DNA from: a virus
DNA length: 64,000 nt
Reading direction: 5' to 3' (one strand)
Virus record (IMG/VR): IMGVR_UViG_3300044986_000731
Location: 26,352 to 90,351 of that record
Positions 37,734 through 48,200 of this stretch are shown here, one piece after another; the stretch's first letter is position 1, and every line of letters begins with the position of its first letter. The translations under genes and the position numbers were made by a program. The notes beneath the pieces were generated by a model. It did not search any database and was not told where the DNA came from. It saw only the letters and a program-made list of their open reading frames with translations.

Positions 37734-38078
37734 GTGGCACTAAGCAAGGCAGCCATTCTGGCTGCGGACGACAAGAAGTCGATCGAGATTGACGTCCCCG
37801 AGTGGGGAGGGTCGGTCCGGCTTCGCGTAATGACAGGCTCCGAGCGAGACCGTTTCGAGGCTGACTTCGTCGACGGCAAGAAAAGCGTCGAGATGGTCCG
37901 CGCGAAACTCGTCGCGAAGTGCCTCGTCGATGAGCACGGCGAGCGTCTTTTCACCGAGTCGGAGATTCCGAGCCTCAGTGACAAGTCTGCGTCGGTTCTC
38001 GACCGGCTCTTCACCGAGTGCATGCGGCTGAACCGCTTCTCGAAGGGCGACGTCGAGGAACTCGCGGGAAACTCCTAG
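37734..38078 (+). CDS. tail assembly chaperone (gpG-like)
   Basis: VPEWGGSV.LR.MTG.ERD.FE; ends in slippery G GGA AAC. Confidence 0.85.
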   Translation: MALSKAAILAADDKKSIEIDVPEWGGSVRLRVMTGSERDRFEADFVDGKKSVEMVRAKLVAKCLVDEHGERLFTESEIPSLSDKSASVLDRLFTECMRLNRFSKGDVEELAGNS

Positions 38079-38371
38079 ACCGCCCCAGACGCCTGTTCGA
38101 GTTCCGGCTCGCGCTTGCGCTCGGGCGGTCCCATGCTGAACTTCTGGAGTCGGTCGACGCGGCCGAACTCGCAGAATGGGAGGCATATTGGACAATAGAA
38201 CCGTGGGGAGACGAGTGGCGTCAGGCTGCCCGTCTCGCCACGGCTCTATGCACGGCATGGGGCGCGAAAGGTCTCAAGGAGGAGGCCCTCATGCCGAGTC
38301 ACCGCAGGCGACGTCAGTCTGCCGCTGAGATGTTCGCGGAACTCTCCCGTCTCGGAGGAGAGAAGAAGTGA
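38066..38371 (+). CDS. -1 frameshift extension of the chaperone (gpGT)
   Basis: GGGAAAC 38066-72 in X XXY YYZ phase; -1 frame LALALGRS..EL...EW.AY..IEPWG. Confidence 0.8.
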   Translation, partial: GKLLDRPRRLFEFRLALALGRSHAELLESVDAAELAEWEAYWTIEPWGDEWRQAARLATALCTAWGAKGLKEEALMPSHRRRRQSAAEMFAELSRLGGEKK

Positions 38372-41300
38372 CAATCGGCAGCATCTCAATCGCGTTCAAG
38401 TCGGACCTGAGCGACCTAGAGTCTGGCATCGAGAAGGCGATTGACCTCGTCGGCGAACTCAAAGACGCTGTCAAGGAGTTGCAGGACAGCGTCGGAGAGA
38501 TATCGAAGACGGCAGTCTCGGTGATCGTCGACAAGTCGTCGATCGAGCAGGCCTCGAAGGCCGTCGACGCCCTCCGCAAGAAGGCGAGCGACGCGAGCGG
38601 CGAGGTCTCAGTCACGGCAGAGGCCTCGTCTGTCGCGTCCGCCGCCACCGCCACCGAGGAACTTGGCGAGGCCGTCGCTGCAACAGGCGAGCAGGCGACT
38701 CGTTCGAGGTCGGCCCTCGCGTCGCTCGTCATCACGTCTGCACAGGTGGCAATCGCCGCACAGCAGGCTGTTGCGAGGTACGCGGACTTTAGGACAGAGT
38801 TTCTTGCGTTCGTGAGGACAGCCACCGGCGCCGAAACAGCCGCACAGGCAGTTGGAGTCGCAATTCGTGGCCTGCGAGGAGACGTCGACTCGTTGAGGGC
38901 GATTTTTGGAGCACTCGGCGCTGGGCTAGAGGGCGCAGTCAGCGGATTTCTGAGCGTCGAAAACGTCAACGGCCTGCTTCAGGCATCTCTCGGCGGAGTC
39001 TTGAGGCTGTTCGGGTTTACGGACGACGCCGTGAGAGCATCGATCGGAGTCTTGTCCGACTTTGTTACTCGGCAGGTCGCTCTTGCGGCAAGCAATAGGC
39101 TCGTGCAAAGGTCGCTGTCGTTGGTCGGGCAGGCTTACGACACTGCGGCAGACTCCCTTGCAAGGTTTCTGACCGAAACAGCGAGTGGACGCGCGGCTGC
39201 TTCTGCGATCGAGCGAGGCTTGCTGGTTGTCGTTAGGGCCGCATCGGAGTTCGATGCGCGTTTTGGCGAGGCCGTCTCTTCAATCGGAAGATTCCTCACA
39301 AGCAGCAGGCTCATTGGGAGCGTTTCTGCGACTGTTGGTTCTGCGTTCGACGCAGCGTCCAGCGCAGTTGGTGACTTCATCTCTCGCGCCATCTCATCAG
39401 CGTCATCCGTTGATGGGCTGCGGGAGAGGCTTAGTGCAATGCTTTCCGAGGCACTGAAACTGATCCCGTCGATGTCTGGAGTAACCGATGCAGTAGGGGG
39501 GTTCGTGGCATCGGCAGCGAGGGCTGTGCCGACGATAGCAAACATCGCCACGTCGCTCGCCAGCGTGCTCGACGTGTTCACGCTCGTTTCCGCAGCGAGC
39601 CGACGCGAGACCTCGATATTCGACTTCACAGCCGCAGTTGCGTCCACCGCAGCGATGTCGGCTGGCCTCGGCGCAGTTACCGGGGCGGCGACGTCTCTGG
39701 CAACAGGCGGGTCCGTGCTCGCTGGCGCGTGGGGAGGCGCAACGGCTGCCCTTTCCGGATTCGCGGCCATCCTCCCAGCAACAATCGCACTGTCGGTCGC
39801 CGCAGCCGTAGCAACAGGCCGCATGGCGGGCGAGTTGCAGCACGTCGGTCAGTCGGCACAGCAACTCGGAGACTTGTCGGACAGGTTCGAGCAGCCAGTG
39901 CAGGAGATCGAGAAACTTCGCATCGCGGCACAGAACACCAACGTCGACTTCGGATCAGTTGTGAAGTCGACGCAGGTCTTCCAGAGCAACCTCTCGAAGG
40001 TCAAGGTCGGTCAACTCGGCAGCCGGCAAGCCCGCGAGGCAAAAGCAGCATTCGACACGCTCGGCGTCTCTGTCGAGGACATGCAGAACAAGAAGCCGCA
40101 AGAGGTGTTCGCGGACGTCGCCAAGGCGATATCTGAAATCGAAGACCCGGCCAAGCGAACGCAACTCGCGATGGACGTGTTCGGCAAGGCCGGTCCGAGG
40201 CTCATGCCCCTGCTCAAGAACCTCGAACAGATCAACGAGGACATCAAGAGGCTCGGCGGAACGATCAGCGACGTGGACTTCAAGCGATTCACGGACGTCA
40301 ATCAGTCGTTCGATCGACTCAAGACAGCGTCCGGGGCGATGGCCGATGACCTGATGATTCCGTTCACTCGCATGCAAGAAGCGATGAACAATGCCAAGGC
40401 TGAGATCATCGGCGGGCTGGCGCCGGTGTTCGGCGAACTGGGGCAAATGATCGCCGACGTCTCGGCGCCGATTGCGGTCTTCATTGAAATTGTCGCACGC
40501 ATCGTTGGCACCGTGCTCCGTGTCGCGGCTGCGGTCGTCAAACTCGTCGCCGTCTTCCAGCCATTCGCGACCATTGCGTCAGTCGCTGAGATTGTTGGCG
40601 ATGAGTTCAACAAGATGTGGACGTACGTTGAGTACGCGGCGGATGTGTTCGAGGAATTCGCAAGCAGTGTCAAAGAGTACCTCGGCGACTCCGTCGAGTC
40701 CGTTCTTGCCGTTGGCGAAGCCATACGTGGCTTACTCAACTGGGTTACCTCTATCGTTGGTCTTGGCAATGTCTTTGGAGAACTCACGGTACCGATCCTC
40801 GCTGTCGCAGCAGCGTTTGCTTGGGCGCAAACATCAGCAGCCACTTACACCGCAGTAATGCAAATTGCCGGCGTGCAGTCTGTAGTCTCCGCAGTGACGT
40901 CCGCAGCGGCATGGGTGGCGTTCGGTGCAACTGTCGCCGCCGTGCTTGTTGTCGGCGCCGTGGTGGCGATTGGCGTGTACATCGCTGGCGTCATCACTGC
41001 GATGGCAACGACAATCGCCTCGTGCGCCGCGATGCACGTTGCGTGGCTGTTTGGCCTCGGCCCAATTGGACTCGCGGTCGCAGCGGTGGAACTGCTCATC
41101 GTGGCGATGGCAGGCATCTGGGCGCTCGGAGGGAGCATCGTCGACTTCTTCAGCGGTTTCGGTGAAGGCAAGAAAAAGATCGACGGCGCTCGGGCGAGCA
41201 CCGAGGAACTCGCCGAGGTCGTGGCCGAGAACGAGAAGCCACGGGAAAGCGGATTTGCCTCGGACATGGAGGCCCTGTCCGAGGCGACCGGCATCACTCG

Positions 41301-43917
41301 GCAGTCTCTGAACGAAACTTGGAACGGCTTCACGTCGAGCATGGGCAGTGGCTTCTCTTCTTTCGTAACGACTCTGGGCGAAGCCACGGGGGCCAGTGAC
41401 GAAGAGATCGAGGCGATGAAGTCGCGGATTGAGGCAAACGTCGCCGCAGTCGCAGACATCTTCGGCGAGGAAATTCCAGTACCAGACCTCGACGTGAGTC
41501 CATTCGAGACAGCAAAGCAGGTCATCGGAGATGCCCGCAACGAACTCGGCGAGTTCAGCATCCGTGCTGCGCAATTGGGCACACCCGGCGCCGACGCTGC
41601 CGCAGCGGCAACCGAGAGGTTCTCGGAACTCCAAAAGAGCCTCGGTGACGGCAAGATCAGTCTGGAGGAGTTTCAGAGCGAGTCCTCAACGCTCGCCAAG
41701 CAACTCGGCGAAGACCTCGAAGAGATCGCGAAGTCCAGCCCAGAAGAGACGTTGAAGCGAAACCTCGAAGTCTTCAAGGAGATGGACGCAGCCGCCAAGC
41801 AGGCCGCGAAGTCTGCGAGAGAGATCGGCGCCGACGTGATGATCGGCGACCAGTTGTTCCCTCGCTCCGAGGAGGTGAAGAACCGCGCGAAGCAGTACTC
41901 GCAGGAATACGCCGACGCACTCGACGACATCAAGAAGCGGCTCGCTTCTGGCGAGTTCCAAATCGAACTCGACCAGAAAAAGAAAGCCAACGAAGAAGAC
42001 TTCGCTGCCGGCAAGATCGACAAGGAGACGTTCACTCGCACCAAGCGAGAACTCGACACGTCGAGCGCCCAAGAGCAGGCCGGCATCGCCGCCGAAGAGG
42101 TGCAGCGGGAGTTCGACCAGAAGAACGCGAAACTGAAGGTCGAACTCGACTTCGCAGACGGCATTCGCAAGAGCCTCGAAGATGCGTTCCTGTCGCCGGT
42201 CGAGAAGTTCCAGAAGGAACTCGACAAGATCGAGAACAACACCGACCTGACCCCGGAAGAGAAAGAGAAGGCCGAGAAAGACCTGCGGAAGAAGGCAAGA
42301 GAGAACCTCGTTGGCAAGACGGCGACGGAGCAGTTCACCGACCGCAACCGCGACATCCAGCAGGGTCTCGCAGCCGGGCTGATCACGGACAGCGAGGCTG
42401 AGAACGAGGTCCGAAAGAACGCCGACGCGCTCGCTCAGTCGCTTGGCTTCGCCGTGGACCCGGCGAACGCGATGAAGAACGCCGTGTCGAACCTCGATCA
42501 GGCGCTGAAGGACGGCGTGATCTCCGTCGAGCAACATGCCGACGGACTGAACAAGGCACGCCGCAGTTTTCTCGAAGGCCTCGGAATCAAGACTGCGGCC
42601 GAGACTGTCGACGCCGAGAAACTCGGCGAACTCCAGAAGCAGCGAGACGCCGGAAACATCTCTCAGGAGGAGTTCGACAGGGGCAAGAAGTCGCTCTCTG
42701 ACAGCATCGTCGGCCAGTCCGCCGCCGACCGGATCGGCGAGCAGCGACGACGCATCGAGGCCGGAGTGGCGAGCGGCATCGTCGACAAGGATCAGGGAGC
42801 GGCTGCCCTCCGCAAACTCGACTCCGACAGGCGGTCGGCCGCAGGCATCGAAGACACGGCAGGCCAGCAGGTGCAGAGCGGCGTCGACAAGATCAACGAC
42901 GCCTTCGGCGTCACCGGCAAGACGATGGCCGAGATACAGGCCTCGCTCTCTCCGCAGGAGTTCGCCGAGTACCAGAAAGCCATCAAGCAAAACACAGACA
43001 AGGTGAAGGAGTCGCTGGGCGTCGAGAAGACGGGTGCACAGAAGTTCGCAGAGTCTCGCGAGAAACTCGATCAGGCCATGAAGGACGGCGTGATCAACGC
43101 CGAGGAGCGGGACAAGGCCCTAAAGAAGCAGCGAGACTCGCTGCTCTCGTCGCTCGGCATCGACAAGTCGCCTGCCGAGGACTTTCAGGACGCCGTCGAG
43201 AAGATTCGAGAGAACGCCGCCGAACTCTCGCCAGATGAGATCGCGAAGGGCCTGAAGGCCGCGAAGGACAAACTGCTCTCGGCGCTCGGCATCGACAAGT
43301 CGCCTGCCGAGGCTGCGAGCGAGTCGCTCAAGAAACTCAACGAGGCATTCGCTAAGGGCCAGATCACGCAGGAGGAGTTTGCCAAGGGCGCGCAGAAGGC
43401 CCGCGACACGCTGCTCCAGAGCCTCGGCATCCCGCTCGACCCGGTGAACGCGCTCCGTGACAGAATGAACGACCTTCAGGAGGCGTTCTCGCAGGGCCTG
43501 ATCACGCAGAAGGAGTTCGCGAAGGGTCAGGAGGAGGCTCGCCGCTCGATGATCCCCGGCGGCGAGGCGAAGTCGCCCGTCGAGCAATTCCGCGACGACC
43601 TCGACGCGGTGAACCGCGCCGTTGAGCAGGGCCTGATCAGCGAGCAGGAGGGTGCCGCGAGGAAACTCAACCTGCAAGCGGACCTGCAAGAGAACATGAA
43701 GCCCGCGCTCGACAACCTCCAGCAGGATCGCCGGCAGGTCGGGGCCTCCGACGTCCGCTCTCGCGAGGGCGTTGACACGTTCTTCCGCATCCTCCAAGGC
43801 AGAGACAACCCGTCTCTCAAGGCGCAACTGGAGATCGCTCGAAACACACGGCTCCTCGCACAGGCCGCTCAAGACCCAGACGCCGCGCCAGTCATTGCTC
43901 AACTCTCTGCACGGTGA
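38368..43917 (+). CDS. tape measure protein (1849 aa)
   Basis: Follows the chaperones; long Ala-rich helical repeats, hydrophobic segments. Confidence 0.9.
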   Translation: MTIGSISIAFKSDLSDLESGIEKAIDLVGELKDAVKELQDSVGEISKTAVSVIVDKSSIEQASKAVDALRKKASDASGEVSVTAEASSVASAATATEELGEAVAATGEQATRSRSALASLVITSAQVAIAAQQAVARYADFRTEFLAFVRTATGAETAAQAVGVAIRGLRGDVDSLRAIFGALGAGLEGAVSGFLSVENVNGLLQASLGGVLRLFGFTDDAVRASIGVLSDFVTRQVALAASNRLVQRSLSLVGQAYDTAADSLARFLTETASGRAAASAIERGLLVVVRAASEFDARFGEAVSSIGRFLTSSRLIGSVSATVGSAFDAASSAVGDFISRAISSASSVDGLRERLSAMLSEALKLIPSMSGVTDAVGGFVASAARAVPTIANIATSLASVLDVFTLVSAASRRETSIFDFTAAVASTAAMSAGLGAVTGAATSLATGGSVLAGAWGGATAALSGFAAILPATIALSVAAAVATGRMAGELQHVGQSAQQLGDLSDRFEQPVQEIEKLRIAAQNTNVDFGSVVKSTQVFQSNLSKVKVGQLGSRQAREAKAAFDTLGVSVEDMQNKKPQEVFADVAKAISEIEDPAKRTQLAMDVFGKAGPRLMPLLKNLEQINEDIKRLGGTISDVDFKRFTDVNQSFDRLKTASGAMADDLMIPFTRMQEAMNNAKAEIIGGLAPVFGELGQMIADVSAPIAVFIEIVARIVGTVLRVAAAVVKLVAVFQPFATIASVAEIVGDEFNKMWTYVEYAADVFEEFASSVKEYLGDSVESVLAVGEAIRGLLNWVTSIVGLGNVFGELTVPILAVAAAFAWAQTSAATYTAVMQIAGVQSVVSAVTSAAAWVAFGATVAAVLVVGAVVAIGVYIAGVITAMATTIASCAAMHVAWLFGLGPIGLAVAAVELLIVAMAGIWALGGSIVDFFSGFGEGKKKIDGARASTEELAEVVAENEKPRESGFASDMEALSEATGITRQSLNETWNGFTSSMGSGFSSFVTTLGEATGASDEEIEAMKSRIEANVAAVADIFGEEIPVPDLDVSPFETAKQVIGDARNELGEFSIRAAQLGTPGADAAAAATERFSELQKSLGDGKISLEEFQSESSTLAKQLGEDLEEIAKSSPEETLKRNLEVFKEMDAAAKQAAKSAREIGADVMIGDQLFPRSEEVKNRAKQYSQEYADALDDIKKRLASGEFQIELDQKKKANEEDFAAGKIDKETFTRTKRELDTSSAQEQAGIAAEEVQREFDQKNAKLKVELDFADGIRKSLEDAFLSPVEKFQKELDKIENNTDLTPEEKEKAEKDLRKKARENLVGKTATEQFTDRNRDIQQGLAAGLITDSEAENEVRKNADALAQSLGFAVDPANAMKNAVSNLDQALKDGVISVEQHADGLNKARRSFLEGLGIKTAAETVDAEKLGELQKQRDAGNISQEEFDRGKKSLSDSIVGQSAADRIGEQRRRIEAGVASGIVDKDQGAAALRKLDSDRRSAAGIEDTAGQQVQSGVDKINDAFGVTGKTMAEIQASLSPQEFAEYQKAIKQNTDKVKESLGVEKTGAQKFAESREKLDQAMKDGVINAEERDKALKKQRDSLLSSLGIDKSPAEDFQDAVEKIRENAAELSPDEIAKGLKAAKDKLLSALGIDKSPAEAASESLKKLNEAFAKGQITQEEFAKGAQKARDTLLQSLGIPLDPVNALRDRMNDLQEAFSQGLITQKEFAKGQEEARRSMIPGGEAKSPVEQFRDDLDAVNRAVEQGLISEQEGAARKLNLQADLQENMKPALDNLQQDRRQVGASDVRSREGVDTFFRILQGRDNPSLKAQLEIARNTRLLAQAAQDPDAAPVIAQLSAR

Positions 43918-43920
43918 CGC

Positions 43921-44892
43921 ATGCCCGAGAACGACTACACTACAGTTTGGAATCCGAACCTCCCCGGCATCGTGGACTGCCGCGAACTCTATCGAGGTCG
44001 GAGCCGCACCGCGAACCTCGAAGGGACGCCGACATACCAGCGAGAGTTCCTCGTCAGAACCGCGATCAACGCCCCAAACATGCGGATCGTCGCGGCCGCG
44101 CCCGGCCCCAACTGGCGAGACCCGTACCCAGACGACGCGAACTGCCGGCTCATCGATTCAAACGTGCGTCAGGACGGAGATTCGCCGTACCACTACAAGG
44201 TCACGTTCACGTACCGCTTTCTCGACGAGACCGATCGCATTCCGTGGCTCCGGCCGTCTGTGTTCTCGTTCTCGGGGTCGCTCGCCAGCGCGCCGGCGTT
44301 CTGGTACTTCCCGAACGCGAACGACAACGCCACGAAGCGAGTGATCACGAACACAGCCGGCGACCCGCTGTCTGGCCTCGATCGCGACGAGGGCGAGTTC
44401 AACGTCACGATCAATTACAACCAGAAGCCGCCGTTCAACTTCGCCCGCGCGCAACTCTACGTCGGTGCGATCAACTCTGACACATGGAGCGGTGGAGCAC
44501 CGAAGACTTGGAAGTGCATGAGCATCACGGCCAATCAGAAGTACGAGTTGATTCAGCCAGACGTTCCCGACGGACTGCCGGCCAAGGGCTACTACTGGGA
44601 GACGTCGATCACTCTCGGGTACCGCAACACGGGCTGGGACTTGCAGACGTGGGACGTCGGATTCAACGAGATCGTCGGCGGTCAGCGTCGCAAAATTCTT
44701 GCAGGCAGCGAGCCGGTGTCAGAGCCTGCGGCGTTGTCGAACGGAGTGGCGAAGACTCCCGGCCAGCCGCCTGACTTGCTGACATTTCGCATCTACCCGA
44801 TGGTGCCATTCACGGGCATCTTCGAGCCGATCCCGTCCACTTATCCGACCACTTTCCCTTACGACATTCTGTCGAACTACTACGGGTGGTGA
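43921..44892 (+). CDS. distal tail/hub protein
   Basis: Position after TMP; NTAGDP, GAINSDTW, DVGFNE. Confidence 0.6.
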   Translation: MPENDYTTVWNPNLPGIVDCRELYRGRSRTANLEGTPTYQREFLVRTAINAPNMRIVAAAPGPNWRDPYPDDANCRLIDSNVRQDGDSPYHYKVTFTYRFLDETDRIPWLRPSVFSFSGSLASAPAFWYFPNANDNATKRVITNTAGDPLSGLDRDEGEFNVTINYNQKPPFNFARAQLYVGAINSDTWSGGAPKTWKCMSITANQKYELIQPDVPDGLPAKGYYWETSITLGYRNTGWDLQTWDVGFNEIVGGQRRKILAGSEPVSEPAALSNGVAKTPGQPPDLLTFRIYPMVPFTGIFEPIPSTYPTTFPYDILSNYYGW

Positions 44893-44893
44893 G

Positions 44894-45283
44894 TTGAAGG
44901 CACGAGACCAACCTGTGAATCGCGGTGACCAACCTGTCACCTTTCGCCACAGCGACGCCCAGAGGATCGCGAACGCTGTCGCCGCGCACGAGAGCGGTCG
45001 CCGCGACAGGAAGTCAAGTCAGTTGCCGAGGGCGGCGGGCGGCGGAAGCGGCGGCGGCGTGACTCTCGTCACGGCGACGTTTCTCGGTTCGTGGTTTACC
45101 GGCCAATACAAACCGGTCAATTTCGATGGTCATCATTACAACTGGCAGTCAACGAACACAGCACTGTGCTTCAATCAGATCATGTCGTTTTACGGAAACG
45201 GAGCAACAACCCCCCGCGTGTGCATCGTGTCTCCGTCAACGTCCACCGCTTTTTACATGCTCGTGAATGGCGGTGATGTGTGA
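44894..45283 (+). CDS. tail-associated hypothetical protein
   Basis: TTG start; DAQRIANAV..HE.G.R. Confidence 0.55.
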   Translation: MKARDQPVNRGDQPVTFRHSDAQRIANAVAAHESGRRDRKSSQLPRAAGGGSGGGVTLVTATFLGSWFTGQYKPVNFDGHHYNWQSTNTALCFNQIMSFYGNGATTPRVCIVSPSTSTAFYMLVNGGDV

Positions 45284-48200
45284 CTCGCTCGATTCAAGGA
45301 CAGACCGCCCACCATGTTGGCGGCGTGGCAACAGGAGTAGACGAGAGCGAGTTTTACGTGCCGGCGCTTTCCGGTCCGTCGAGAGTTCCGCAGGCAGACT
45401 GCGAGGAGTGGGCGAAAACTTCCACAAACGGTCACACGACTGTTGCAATAGACAAGCAAGGTCGGCTGTGGGGCTGGGGCATGCCGCCCGTCGGGGATGG
45501 AACTTTCTTCTACAGAGAAACGCCTGTTCTTCTGAGCAGCGATTCTTGGCTTGACGTCAGTGTCGGCCTTGCTCCGCAGGAACGCAGGACGGGCAACAGC
45601 AACGAAGTGAACTGGTCGGCTCTTGAAGGAGACGTCTCGGCAGCCCCTCGCCACTTCACGCAGCCGACGGCCGGCACGTACGTACTCGCGGTGAAGAGCG
45701 ACGGCTCGCTCTGGGGATGGGGAAGTAACTATCACGCCGTTTTGGGCAACGGAAAGTCAACTCCTGAAGTCAAGCAAACGTTTCTGAGATTTCGCGGCCT
45801 ATTGTCTTCGTCTATCACTCACGCCGAGATTGTGCCAGACTTCAACGGCTCTGGACCGGCAGACCCGGTTCTCTGGGACTCGGTTGGGTACGGCAGCGAC
45901 GTCTATGCGCCTCTTGTCGTTGGGGCCGTACGGGACGACGCGAATGCGCAGCCCGGCCATTTCACGGCGTCACCAAACCAGTCTGCGGTGCTGAGGGCAA
46001 ATGTCGAGATTTTCTTCAAACTCAGCGCATTCGCGGACATCCCATCGCAACCCATCCAGTCCAGCGGCGGAAGCGGTTACGCCGCTGCACCTTCGTTGAC
46101 CGTGTACGCGGTTGACTCACAGGGCCAAGAGGTTGCCCTAGATGCAAGAACGAAACAGGCATCACTCACCGCAGACATGCGATTTACCGTCGCCTCCGTC
46201 GCTGTGTCTGGTCAGACTCAGCCGTATCGCGGAGGCGCCGCGGTCGTCTTTCCGCGAGGCGTCGACGGCAATACGGCCGTCGCAGAATGCACGCTTGTCG
46301 ACGGAGTGGTCACCGCAATCACGGTAACAAACCCGGGTCTGTACCGCGAAGTCCCAACTGCGACTATCTACGGAACAGGCGGAAACGCCACTGCGACAGT
46401 TACCGCATCTGGGACTATTGTCGGAGTGAAGTGCGAGAGCGAGGGACTCTACTTCGACAGGCGAGACAGGCTCCGCATGAGGGCCACCGGAACGCTCCTC
46501 CCGGGCGGATCACACGCGACCTTCTCCTCGCTGACGCCGTGGCTGACGGGAAGATATACGGGAATAACGATCGAGAGCGGTGGCTCGGGGTATACGTGCA
46601 GCGACACGATTCGTCTTGGCGTGGATGCGGATTTCTATTTCAACACCCAAGGCATCACGACGAATGCGTCGTACAGCCCCCAGTGGCGTTTTGGCGGCGT
46701 TGATTTGAGGCACCCCTCGCGAATCGGCGGCGTTTCTACGAGCAATGCGTTTCACGCCAAGGGCTTTCTCTCGCCGTCTGGCGTTGCGTCAGTGTCATCC
46801 CCGCAGGTGGTCGACCTATCAGGGCACAACCCAGTCGCGGTTCCCGCCGGCACGTTTGTCGGATATGCCTCGACGATCGACCTTGGCGTTTCTTCGACGT
46901 GGTACTTGAAGTGGGACGGTCATCCGGAAAAAATTCCACTCAATGTTGCTGCCAACAGAAGAATCACAACCACTCAGCCAATCGCGGACCTGTACGGAAA
47001 AGGCATGCCGTTCATCTACGGCGAAGTGCATCAGTCGTATCGCAGCGGAGATGGAACGCAACAGGTACAAGTGCCGGGACTGATGTTCTACGACTCTGGC
47101 GTGACCTACTCCGGTCAGTCGTCCGCATATCGAATGCTTGATCCGATATGGGGAGGGACGCCAGTGCTGTTCGAGGACGGAGTGACACCGCCCAACACAA
47201 CGATAGTCAAGACTACGAACATTCCGCCATATGTTGTGTCGTGGCCTTTCTCTACCCAAAAGAATGTGCGGGTGAACTCCGGTATAGAGCGGCAGCCGTT
47301 CGAGATGTACTTGCGGGGAGGTGAGACACAGGGGCAGAAAGCGACGTTCGCACTCTCCGTTGAGAACCTATCTGCCGACGCAAATAGGTTCACGGTGTCA
47401 GTCACAAGCCCCGGAAGCGGATACACCACGGAGCCGGAAATTGTCGTGACTGACGTGCTTCCGTCTCCAACGCTCATAGACAACTCGCGGCAGTATCAGG
47501 CGGTCATCGCCGCCCGAAACGGAAATGTGGCGACGACCGCTTCCGCAGCGGACGCTATTACCGCGTGCTTCTCAATGGCCCTGTCTGGGGGGAAGGTCTA
47601 CGAATGGGGCCTGCAATCTCAAACTGGAACTCCGACTCCGACTCTTCGCGGATACCATCTTGAAATCAAGGCGACCAATGTCCCGGTGCTGTTCTCTCAA
47701 GGTTACATGAACGGTGGGCAATCGACCCCATACACAGGATTGGGGTGGTGGCTTTCAAGCGTCTATTGCAACAGGCAAGTGCCGTGCAATAACAGCCAAG
47801 TATACCGACGTAGCGGCGGCGACGGCGGGGTGCAAAGGACGTATGGGGAGGTCGATTACTTCAACTATACCGAACACTGGAATTTTCACGCCGACGCATT
47901 CATTGACCCTGCTTCTGTGAAAAAAGTCCTTTCAAACCCATACTACTCCGGCCAGACGCCGGGCCGTCGCTTCTTTGCAGGCTCCCTGTCGGCCGTCGTG
48001 CAGTCGAGAGAAGATGTCTTCGACTACGGCTCTGTTGCTATTTTTACGGTGAGATCGCCGGGGTGGGTTACTGTGCCCACTCTTCCGCAAACCCCGGAGC
48101 CGTGCGAGGCATACCTTCTCAAGCCGTCTGAGCCTGTGCAGTCTCTCGTGAGGCAGGATGACGGTACAGTGCTCGCGATGGGGAGCGATGGGGTTGCGTG

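Noticed and set aside
41686-42990. 434-aa minus-strand ORF
   Set aside because: Antisense shadow of the tape measure gene.
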